Notes under the pieces: generated by a model
Told to the model about the DNA's origin: nothing
Seen by the model: the letters and a program-made list of their open reading frames with translations, nothing else
Databases searched by the model: none
From: Paramecium tetraurelia
Lineage: Eukaryota
Assembly (NCBI GenBank): GCA_000165425.1
Contig: CT868097.1
Location: forward strand, 68,867-132,866
Direction of reading: 5' to 3'
DNA: 64,000 nt
Position numbers and translations under genes: made by a program
Shown: one piece after another, positions 52,517 through 64,000 of the stretch
How positions within the stretch are numbered: position 1 is the first letter of the stretch
Layout of the letters: each line of letters starts with the position of its first letter

Positions 52517-54886
52517 ATGAATTATTCAACTGTCTTAAGTAAAAAACCTTTCCCTCCTCAAAAACAGGATCAAGCCATTAATTTATTAGTTTATGGATGT
52601 GAAATTCAAAAAATAACATCTGGGAATAAATTTGAGAAATTATTCATCTATATGTCCCATGAAGTTAGTTATCAACTTATTTATATTATAAATCAATACA
52701 CAAATTATATAGATTTGAGGAAAATTAGATTTATAACTGATGATATTCGAGATAGTAAGAAATTTACAGATGATAAATCAGTGTTATTACAAATCTTTGT
52801 TAGCGAGGAATGTTGGTATTTAAAATTTGCAAATCAAACTCTTAAAGAATTGTGGTGGCAAGGATTGTAATATTTTTATACAAAAGTAAAAGAAGATTTG
52901 AAAGAGTATTATTAATTTGGTACTATATAGAAAATTATAAATCCAATTGATGGCTTGGGAGATGTTTATTAAATTTGACGAAGATAGAGATGGTAGTTTG
53001 AATAAGGAAGAATAATAAGGGTTTCTTAATTGGATTAAATTGGTGTATCCAAATAAGAGTTTTATTGAAAATAAATGTATCCAATCAAGTTTTCAAAACA
53101 AATTAGAATTTATGCAATTTGAAGTACAATTTCCTCATTTATCTAGGAAATAGTTAGATTATTATACAAGTAGTCTATTTTAATTAAATTGAATAAGCTT
53201 TATTTAAATTCTTAAAACCTATTAATTGAAGCAGATTTTGAAAAGTTCATTAGAACTGCATAACGATAATAAGATACAGACTACTTCTTTGGATTCCCCA
53301 TGACAGCAGATAAATTTAATGATTTTCTATTTAGTCAATAGAATTCCATTTTTGAAATGGGTCATTCAGATGACATGACCAAACCTCTATCTCACTACTA
53401 CATCAACAGTTCTCACAATACCTATCTTACAAAGGATCAATTGGCAGGTGACAGCAGTGTAGGTCAATATGTAATTGCATTATTAAATGGGTGTCGATGC
53501 TTTGAATTAGATTGTTGGGATAGCATTTCTGACAGGAATCCAGTGGTGTACCATGGGTACACTTTGACATCCAAGATATTGTTCGAGGATGCCATTCTGG
53601 CCTTAGACAAATTCGGGTTCATGTTTTCGTCTTACCCAATAATATTGTCATTAGAGTTGCATTGCAGCATAGATCAATAGGAAGTATTGGGGTAGATTAT
53701 GAGGGCCTAATTTAAAGATGAACTTTATATCTATGAATAGAATCTTAGCGTTCTTCCTTCGCTTGACAAGCTAAAAAGAAAGTTCCTAATAAAAAGTTCA
53801 GGCATATTAGAGGAATCCTATAGTCTGCACAAAAACAATTAAGAGATCCACAAAACTATGTAGAGTCAAAAGATCGTTAAAACGCAGAAGACTTTGGAGT
53901 TGATATAGGTAGATTAAGATCCTGAACCTGGGTTGGTAAGAGAAATTGCATAGAAACAAAGAATTAGTAATAAAACTTTAAAAAATCTGAATTATGAAAA
54001 TAAACAAAAATAATTCATAAGACATGATGCAATTTGTGATTTTAAAATGATAGGAGATTAAATTGATCTGGTAATCCCTGTGAGTATGAATGTCAAACAT
54101 CATCCTTAGTTTTTGAGTTGCATAAGCTTATTTAATTCTCCTTTTGAAATCAATAAGAAACGATCAATTTGGAACATATCTTCTTTGAGTGAGGACAAAG
54201 TGGATAAAATCTTTAAAGAAAAGAAAGTTAAGGAAGTCTAATAACATTTAAACAATTACCTAGTTAGGATTTATCCTTCAGGAATGAGAGTGGACTCTAG
54301 CAATTTCGATCCAATTCCAAGTTTCATTCTGGGTGCTCAAATCATTGCCCTCAACTTCCAAACCAAAGATGAACCCATGTTAATTAATAGGGCAAGGTTT
54401 TCACAAAATCTTGGTATTGGTTATGTTCTCAAACCAAAATACTTGATTGAAGGATTGGATTAAGTGACTAATTTTGAATCTCCGGATTATCCAAAAAAAT
54501 TAGTAACTCTCGAGATCATCTCTTGCTAATTGTTTTTACTGCACACTAAAAATGTCATAAATCCACAGGTGATTGTGAAACTTAAAGGAAATAAAGTGGA
54601 TGAAAATGGGTAGGAGTTGCAAACTAATGTTATATATAATAATGGATTGAATCCAGAATTTGATCAGAATTATTCAAAAACAACTTTTGAGGTTAAAGAT
54701 GTGGATTAAGCTATCTTCATATTTAAAGTGTTCAATAAATCAGATGACAATAAATAGACTATCATAGGATAGTATGCTTTACCATTTAAAAATATGAGAG
54801 AAGGATTTAGAGCAATACCATTAAAAGATGAAAACTTAATGGTTATGGAATATTGCTATATATTTGCTCAAGTAACCATCTAATGA
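52517..54886 (+). CDS. PLC: Phosphoinositide-specific phospholipase C (PH, EF, X, Y, C2)
   Basis: [48 protein letters not shown] and a C2 domain with NNGLNP. Both catalytic His residues are present. Confidence 0.95.
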
Positions 54887-54917
54887 ATTAATATTATTAA
54901 AATAAAAGAGTTTAAAA

Positions 54918-56487
54918 TCATATTTATTTTTATTTAGAAAAATACACCTAAACCTTATTGTCGATCCAATCATAAAATTCTTGGTTTTCCACATACTTAG
55001 GATACCATGGACTTTTCTCAAAATTCTGAGTTATTTTTTACATTTTCTCAAACAAAGTGCTGGCCATCTAATATTTTTAGTATGAATTGTATACTTTTCT
55101 GGCAACCAAGGCAACTAATGCTTTAGGTATGTATCTACATTGGGGATCTGAATTGGTAACAGCCCTTACTCTACATTTATTTTCACTGATAGGTGTTAAT
55201 TCAAATACATAGTAATTCAATATCAGATTTACAAACTTTCCTTTGTCTTTTGACAAGTCTATATTATGTACTTTTAAAAATTCAGGATCATTGTCAATAG
55301 ATTTACAAAGAAATACTATAGTACCATTGATGTTAAGCCTATCAATTCCTTCTCCAACAAACACAGCTTTTCTGTCAGAAATCAAAGGAAAATACACCTG
55401 TATGTCACAAATTTTACAGCATTTTCCGATTTTTTTGGGCATTGATGATCTAACACAAAATGGAACATAGTTTTGATATAGTTCAATTTCATTAATTAAA
55501 GCCATCAATTTAGTGACATTTGCTTCAAATACTGAATCCATGAAGAGAGTCACAGTTGAGTTTTTGGAATCAATCTTATATTTAATGACAAGTGTTTTAG
55601 TATTTTTTTCGATAATCCAGCCACTTGATTCCAGTTCATTAAGATTGATTTGCATAGTATTCATTTTATCTTCGATCGAGGTAACGTATTCTCCATAGGT
55701 TTCGTAGAACCATTTTAGGAGTAGTTCGTTATCCTGCAGTTCCATCTTAGCTTGTTATATCACATAATAGGCCTATGTATATAAAAAGAACTACATCATC
55801 TAATTAGGCTTCGTTATAGTAGTAATTCTTGGATTAAGCCAATCTTTATTCGGTGACAGCTTTTAGATCGGATAAGGGGTTCCTTTCGAAGTTGATTTAC
55901 GAAAAGTAACTCTTCTCGTCAAATTCCTTTATGACATTAAGTTTATTCTCGTCTAATTCAGAGAAGCTCTACACTTTCTCTTTGGTGTGGTGTAATAGGA
56001 CTGATTAGGATCCAACTTTTAAAAATTCTTGTTTATCACAATTTTCATCTAAAATGCAACTAACTGCTTTCTTCTATTTCTGGGGTTGTTTTTGCTTTTA
56101 ATTGATTAGTTTTGGCAGGGCTTGGATTTGAATAGGGTGGATGACTAAATAAATCAGAGATTATAGATACATTCATCATATTCAAATAGCATTTCTTGTA
56201 TAATTTGGTCATCTGATGCTTTTTTTTGAAGAACTTTGAGATTCTAGTAAGTTTAATTAATTGATATATCTCCCATATTTGATTGTTCTAAAGTTCTGAG
56301 CTCTTAATTCAATTGAACTAAAAACGTTTGATAAAGGGGATATACAATTTGAGCATGGTTGAATGCAGTATATTCAGAAATAATGGTTTCGAACTAGATA
56401 ATAATATTTACATAGTACATAGAATTGAAGCATTTCAAGTGTTTATTAAGATGATAATTATTGGTTATCTGCAGGAATTTCAATCAT
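54918..56487 (-). CDS. START/SRPBCC lipid-binding domain protein
   Basis: C-terminal ~220 aa matches the ORF track (LINEIELYQNYVPFC...DPQCRYIPKALV) and has a START-like pattern. The N-terminal extension joins through introns. Confidence 0.8.
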
Positions 56488-56601
56488 AGATATTTATAAA
56501 ATAATAATTATTAAAAACTAAATTTTCGGATTCCTTTAAGTTCTTAGATTCGATTAATTCCTTGAAAATAATAGATAAATGAATTTATAATTATAAATGA
56601 A

Positions 56602-58737
56602 TCATTATTTTAACATACACATAATGGGATGTTCACCTGGTTCCAAAATCTCATATTTTTTGTCGCATAACAAATAAGTTCCAATTCTAATTTGGTATTT
56701 ACAAGTTTCCTCCTCTGTAACTGAGATGAACCTCATCAAATCCCCTGGATAACATTCAAGCTTGATTCGACTCTATCTCGTAGAATTAATAGGATTGCAA
56801 AAACTACCGAATCTATAATGTTCTTCAAAAACTCCATTTATTTCCCCTGTAAAATTTAATGGATGATAGTACTACGTTGATAAGTTTGTAGTAAATAGTC
56901 CAAAATCGATCAAGGGAAGTGGCATTATATCATAAATCTTCAAACCACTAGATTTCTTATCAAATTCAAAAATGATTGGTGAATAAGTTTTTCTTCTTAT
57001 TCTCTCTATTTTAAATTCAATGAGTGTGTTTGATAATTTTATTAAATTACCTTTCCCAACATACAACACGTCGGTTTCAGTATCCACTATAATCCAATAT
57101 AATTGATTTAGAAGACTACTATTTTGAAATCTAGATTCCATTTGAACATACCTTCCATACTTGTTTTTAACATAAATATTTGGTTGAGGCTATGTCAATA
57201 TGATAATCTAAGTATCTAAATACATATGGCTAATTAGATTGATGAATAAAGCGCAAGCTGTCTCATTATTTAATTAATAAATAGAAAATGTAACTCCCAT
57301 ATATTTTTGATATTGTTGTTTAATTTGATATCCTTAAGTTGGATTGTTGAATATATGGACTTGCACGAGATCATATTCTAATTTATTCAGTGAAATTAAG
57401 TATTCATCATCAAATTCGAAGGTGTCGAGTTGCGGTGGAATAACATTTGATAGTTTATTAAATTAGCCACTCCTTCTAATAAATGCTCTTCCTTCATAAC
57501 GCAAACCCTTGGTCAATTTCTTATCCAAAATGGCAATTCCATTATGTTCTGAGCTTACTCTGAAGGATTCAACATAAGTGAATGCTGAAGCAGTATTATC
57601 AAATAAAGTTATAAAATCATTAATATTGATCCTATTATCTTAATGATAAAATAGAGTATTCTCTGAAATCAGTACAGATCCTTTTAATAGTTCATAAATA
57701 GCATTGGTATCCATTACCATCAATTTTTAGATTAATGAGGGAGACTTTTAGTCTTTTGAATTAGGCAAGTAACCTAAGATTTAGATGGCACAGTAATCAA
57801 TGACTTTCTTTACTTACACTAGAAATGGCTTGTCTGTTAAGATTACACCAAGACTCTATTGTGGATGAAAGATAGTCTATGCTTAGAGATCCAACCCATA
57901 AATAATATCCTTGTATTGATAGTATTGATTCTATTTAATTACAGATTTCTATTTTTTTAATTGAATAATCTCGTAGTAATCTGAAATGATTACTACATCT
58001 GAACATGAGGATAGTAGTAGCAATTCATTGTAGATTACTTGAATCACACGAAATGTATACATTTTGTCTGATGTTGAAATATTGAGTTGATATTCGAATT
58101 TGTCTGATATCTAATAGTTTCTCAATTTGGCCAAGCATCCCTCGATAATTATCAATCGATCAATCTATTATCGTATTTAATGATAATTAGTATCTAAATA
58201 ATATGAAGAATTAGGAGGCTCAAAACCTGCATAGGAATAATTCTTGGAAATAAATTAATTCGAATATCCCAAACTAAAGTCCTCTTTTAACTTAGAATAT
58301 AAATATAAGTCTTACAATCTTTTGCATGTTTTAAATCGTATCTAAATCGTCATATTGTCTCACGTGTTTTCTAAAGCAATATTCATAGAGAAATTCTTTG
58401 GTTGTATGATGCACACATAAATCTATTAATGGAAATAGAATGCTATTGGCTTCATCTTCTATCAGAATTCTGGCAATTGATAATTCATCCACATTCAGAG
58501 GTTTAGATAGTTGGGGTATTGGAATTTGACATAGGACTGTTCTGCCGTCTCTGATACTACTAATGCAATACCTTGGAGGGTTATTTCTTTACCAATAGAA
58601 TCGAAAACATGTTATACAGCATAAAGTTCAGGGTAAGGGGTGCGATGGTCTTGATGGTCCCTCTCAATTGTATGTATTGTGTAGGTATTTTCTGCATTAA
58701 AAGCTTAAGCAATAGTAAATATTAGAAAAATTAACAT
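56602..58737 (-). CDS. OS-9/Yos9/XTP3-B-like ER lectin with an MRH (PRKCSH) domain split by a large insertion
   Basis: Signal peptide MLIFLIFTIAQA; LFPLIDLC...FLYEYCFRKHVRQY..FSLG; C-terminal HYRFGSFCNPINSTRQSRIKLEC...ISVTEEETCKYQIRIGTYLLC. Confidence 0.75.
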
Positions 58738-58741
58738 ATTA

Positions 58742-61298
58742 ATGAGTGTTGGATAGGTTCATCCTAGTTGCTCATCTCCGATTGATACCAAGGATTATAA
58801 AACAGGATTAGAGTATGATATCCATTTTACTTGAATAGTTCACTCAAACTATTTAATACAATAAGATAGAGTAGACATACATCAAAAGAAACCACTCTCA
58901 TTATCTCACCTAAACAGTATAATTTGATATTATCGAAGTGGAATAAGCAATCGCGCATTCTTAACTCCAAAACGTAGTTAGTTTACTAGTTAAGATTAAA
59001 TTGTTGAGGAAGATGATTATTTTAGAGATCGAAGAGCAAAAAGAAAATTTGATACTGCATCCCGAAAATTAATGATCCTATTGAACTTCTTTAGACATAT
59101 AAATCAAACAAAAGACACAGATAAAACATCATAGATTAAATAAATTCACAAGAAACGAAAAAAGCTGCCGTTCTATCCAAATTAGTTGCAAATTTGGAAA
59201 TAATTTATGTCAGTGCAAACATTAATTACTTTGATGTTGTATCCAATCTACATCAGTCTCTCAGACTATAAGAGTTTAGTATTCATATTAATCATTTTAG
59301 GATGTTTTGACCATTCTTATTTTGATTTTGGATAGTTTATATTTGGTTGACATCATTCTAAAATAAGTTACATGTCAAATCGATAAAAATCATAATTTAA
59401 TCGATACCTTCTAGGCCATATTCCTATTTAATCTGCAAAGATGGCTCATATTCGACATCCTCAGTATCATCCCATATAAGTTATTTGTTAATGATTTTAC
59501 AGATTAATTATGCTTAAATCTCTTAAAATTACTGAGATTTATTAAGTATTTCAGCTACAACGAAAGGTAAATCTACTAAGAGGCCTAAACATCCTAAGAC
59601 TAATCATAATATTTCGAGAGATTATTTTAACTCGATGGGAAATTGTTGAGTATTTTAAAGATATTCAAAAATATGCTCATCTTAATCAGTCTTTTTGGAT
59701 GTTTGTTTCATTCTGTTTTATTATACGATGGAATTTCATAATAAGAAGACAGTTCGAAAATCTATATTCAAGGATTGTATTGGGCTATTCAAACTGTTAC
59801 AGTCATTGGCTACGGGGATGTACCTATGACAACCTCAACATAATATAATTTAACAATCATTTGGATATTCTTGGGAGTTGGGTTCTATTCCATGACTATC
59901 GGCAACTTAGCTGCAATTTTGGAATAGCAATCTGCAAACGAAGGCTTTGATGAAGATTTAGAGGCCCTGGAGACTCTGATGTCTCAAATCCTCATACCAG
60001 AGGAATTAAGTGCTTAACTATTCTCCTATTATTATTATAATATTGAAAACAATCCATTTTGGAATTACAAGAAGTATTTCATTTTTATAATAAAGATGAT
60101 AGAATCATTGAAACCTTGCCATCTCAACTTAAAGTATTTGCCATTGCATTTTGTCAAAAACAACTAATCGAAAATGTCAACATCTTCTCTTTTGATATCA
60201 ACTTTGCTGCTGCCATCCTACCTTATTTTTCTATTTACTGTTTCAAACAGTATGAAACTGTATATTTCAATGGATCTCCTAGTCTTGAAGTCTATTTCTT
60301 AGTGGCTGGAGAGATCCGTCTATGTGATAAGGATGGCAACACACTTCTTAATATCAAAGAAGGTTATATTTTTGGGGAAATTGAAATACTAGAGGATACC
60401 TATAGAAAATAAGCAGCAATCGCCAGTAAGGACTCTGTTGTTATTATGTGTCCTGTATTTTAATTCTTACAATTAGTTTAAGATGATGAAAAATTGCTCT
60501 TTGAAATTGAGTAATTAGGATTAAGAAGAAGACTTTTATTGCAGGAAAGCATTTCCAAAATTAAAAGTATTTATATATCCTTATGTCTCAATAGAAAGTG
60601 CAAAATAAATAAAAAGGATAAGTGCATTAGATGGGTAATTAATGAATTAGTATGTTACAAAAAAGTAACTATTAGAGAGACAATTTAAAAGAAGTATTAT
60701 TAAGGATTCCTATCAATAAATACATAAAAAATTGATTAGATTCATTTTTGGACTGAAATAAGAGAAAAAATGGAAATATCAGGCTATATTTAAAATGGCT
60801 GTCAGGAAAATCATAGATCATAGGAAATAAGCCTTATTATTATCGAGAAAACACAGTATGGTATTGGGTAAGTAAATGCTTTAAAACTTTGCTCAAGTAA
60901 GAGAAGATGAAAAAAATCTTCAGAAGAAAATTTTGAATAATAAAAAGAGTGGAAAATATTAAAAAAGAGTGAAAATTAAAGATATCTTAAATCATCATAG
61001 ATAAAGTCGAATAGCACCATTGTTAATCACGCCTTCCCCATATTATGAGGAAATTATCAGTGAAGTTAAGGAAGAAAAATAATTATTTAAACAAAAACAA
61101 AATTTTATTGTCGAGTTATCTAACAAACTTATTAAAATAAATTTAACTGGATAATTAAAAATATTTAATACCTTATATGAAGAACTAATGAAAAGCATTG
61201 ATTACTTAGATGAGATTTAGTATCAAACTAATTAATCTGTAGAAGAAATGGAACTAATATACTATTAAATATCTTCATTGATTATATCTATTTTTTGA
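58742..61298 (+). CDS. Cation channel with cyclic-nucleotide-binding domain (HCN/EAG-like)
   Basis: Pore YWAIQTVTVIGYGDVP and CNBD GYIFGEIEILEDTYR. The ATG at 58742 joins the channel frame through two canonical introns. Confidence 0.88.
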
Positions 61299-61364
61299 GA
61301 CTTATTCTATTTTGTAGTTAAAATTTATTAAAATAATAAAATTATAAAAATTATACTTTCAATC

Positions 61365-62213
61365 TCACTAGTTTTCAGACGTATTCGATGTACCATTCAA
61401 TTTCAAATTTGCAATCTATTTCACACTCTTTACCCATTGACTAATCTCACAACAGCCCCCTTACAACGATCCAACTAAATATTCTGTTAATTTTGATAAA
61501 GCAAATCCCTCTGATAAGATCTCTGCAGTCAACGATGAATCTGCTAATAAAGTTTCCCTTATTCTTTGTTAATACTCCTTTTTATTTTTTACGCCAGAAT
61601 CCTACGTTTTCAAGACAAACTCTAACACTACATTCGCTTAATATCTCGCCTAAGTTTTAGCCTCAAACTCAATTTTTTTGTTTATTCTTAATTTGTATAA
61701 CATTGCCACCAACCATTCAGTAAGCTAAATTATTAAAGATATCAATACTAAATTTAGTCCAGATTTTAAAATAAGTGATTAAAGAGGATCTTAACCACAT
61801 ATTCTTAAGTATATTAATTGATCACTTTATATTCGGAATCTTTTACAAAGATCACTATGATTCTCTATAAAAGAAATAAGTTCTTCAGTAGCAGCTATAA
61901 TTTTCTAATATCTGATATCACTTGAGTACTAGTTTTATATTTATTTGAGTAAAAATTATAACTAAATTAAAGCATCATTTTGTTCAAACTCTTTTTCTTT
62001 TTCATAAATACTTTTGGATTCTGAATCAATAGATGTTATTATTCTTTAGACATTATTGTTAGCAATAACATTTATATCATAGCATTCTGAATAAATCTCA
62101 AAAAGATCCAATCCTTTATCAAATTGAGTTGCATTTAATTTTTGATATATCTATGCGTCCTAATTTATTATCTGTATTGCTCTTTCATAAAGTTCCTGAT
62201 TGACTTTTGACAT
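61365..62213 (-). CDS. Hypothetical protein
   Basis: Open code-6 frame MSKVNQELYERAIQII... with one probable 24-nt intron; TGA at 61365. Confidence 0.7.
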
Positions 62214-62765
62214 GTATTTTGAAGTCTATTGTTTATTAATTATTCTAATTATAAAAATTGAACTTCAAATATATTATTTATTAAAAAAGCTGATTAAGAA
62301 TTTAGTTATATCATAAATTTGTGATTAAATTTTTCGTGTATAACCTATAAGAACTACAAAAATACTTAATATTCAAATAATATTCGTCAAATTAGATAGT
62401 TTATAGATATTTGAACTTAATTACATAAGACCTTAAAATGAGTTTAAAGTCTTGTTTATAGATTTTTAATGGCCTTAACAATCAACCTTACTCTGCGTCG
62501 TTATTTGTAGATATTCGAATTTAATATCTTATCAACTTTTGATTTATTTAATTATTTTTTAAATATTCGTATCAAGTCTTAATACTTGTATATAATTTAA
62601 GTGGTTATTCAATTTTTTGTACTTATATGTATGTAGTTAAAATAGACCCAAAATCGTTTTTATGATATATTATGCATTATTAGTAATAATTTAATCTAAT
62701 TTAAGGTCAGAATTAACGACTATGCTTTTCTTTTATTAAAAAATATTAATTCATAAATATATTTT

Positions 62766-63011
62766 ATGCAAGAAGAATTGAATTCAAGTCTTGATTCTTT
62801 AGAATTGGAGTTATATCATAAACCAAATACAAAAATAAAATCAATACTAACCTACCTAAGATAACAAAAGATTTAATTTTGCACAGACCCTAAAAGGAAA
62901 GAGGACAATTACTATTCGAAAAACGATAAGGAAAACGACAGCAAAGATTTCGGCATATTTAAAAACAAATTTTATAAAAGAAAATCCTCAACCCATGCGA
63001 ATTAATTGTGA
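62766..63011 (+). CDS. 81-aa small protein
   Basis: Intronless 246-nt frame MQEELNSSLDSLEL...KSIL...KIQF...STHANQL*. Confidence 0.6.
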
Positions 63012-63479
63012 AATTGAACAATCATATTTATGTTTATGCTCACCTTCTAATTAAACAACAGATTTTATTATTTGATGTTATTTTGAATCTTATTGAATAA
63101 TGTTTAAAAATCATATCCTATTAATTATAAATATTCAATATAATTTTTTATATATTGAATTTTATTTATACTGATTATAAAACAGTATGCGACATCACAA
63201 ATTGAAAGGAAAATAAATTAATAAAAGGATTTATTTTTCAAATTGAGCTCTGATTCAGAAATAGTTTTCTTAGGATCCGCAATTTACACATTTGCAAAGA
63301 ATTAATAATTATTTATAATTGAGAATTTAATTATTATATATTATTTTATAATAAGTTGAGAAAAGGAAATAGAAACTTAATAAATTTATGAATGAATAAA
63401 AAAAAAAATCTGTTTCTTTGAGAATGTTATGATTAATCCTTAATTAAGCATATATTATGAAATAATATTATTCTTGTTC

Positions 63480-64000
63480 TCAACCTATTTCTATAAAGTT
63501 TTATGGCTCTTAATTCTACTAAGTATCCCTCTTGAATTTTTTTAAAATCTTTATTTGGTTATTCATAAACTTTTTGGCTTAATATATCTTTTCTATTTCT
63601 GATTGAGCATCCTTAATAATTTCTTCTTTACTCAAAACTGTATCATAAAATTTAAGAAGCATGTTATTATAGTCTTTATTTTCATTCAAATGAAAATACT
63701 GTATATTTTTCTTAAGAAAATAATCAATCTGACATATTGCATCTTTTAGCAATTGGGGGTCCTCCAAAAGCTTCCAATTTTCTATTAAAGCTAAACAAAT
63801 TTAATATCCCCTTATTTCAAATTGTTTTGGCATAACTTCGAGTAATTCAACTAGCTCATTCCACTTTTTAGATAAAATATATATCTTGACAACAATCTTA
63901 ACTACCTTTTATTTTAAGTATTAAAATATAAGATCATGATGATAATATTATCTTAAGACTTCATCTTATTCGGAATATTCCTCCCCATACTTTTTGTAAT
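63480..64000 (-). CDS. 3' part of a hypothetical protein continuing beyond the window
   Basis: Extends ORF 63579-63767 through TAA/TAG codons to a TGA at 63480. Confidence 0.6.

Noticed and set aside
62220..63470. AT-rich gaps (also 6790-7320, 33480-34020, 39600-40190, 49130-49720) as retained IESs or transposons
   Set aside because: No clear paired TA-bounded inverted ends, transposase remnants or telomeric repeats were seen.

Overview
AT-rich, gene-dense eukaryotic DNA from a ciliate macronuclear genome, most likely Paramecium. Genes read correctly only in genetic code 6 (TAA/TAG = Gln, TGA = stop) and contain 20-31 nt GT..AG introns, so the supplied standard-code ORF track is mostly fragments or shadow ORFs. 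Manual code-6 translation gives about 30 genes: a hybrid histidine kinase, Vps39-like, ELP2, a spartin/senescence-domain protein, two cNMP-domain cation channels, a Sec8-like protein, a Myb-like protein, a giant Cys-rich surface protein, a RING-LON protein, a CDPK, a DTW protein, a CHY-finger protein, SDHA, PI-PLC, a START protein and an OS-9/MRH-like lectin. There are also two likely pseudogenes (trichocyst matrix protein, Ser/Thr kinase). The most unusual observations are two divergent start codons only 4 bp apart, an MRH domain split by about 500 aa, a +1 frameshift in an otherwise intact SDHA, a channel with a non-canonical filter, degenerate histidine-kinase-like membrane proteins and two candidate microproteins. 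I saw no rRNA, tRNA, transposon, CRISPR or telomere. Coordinates and family calls come from manual reading and motif recognition, not database searches.
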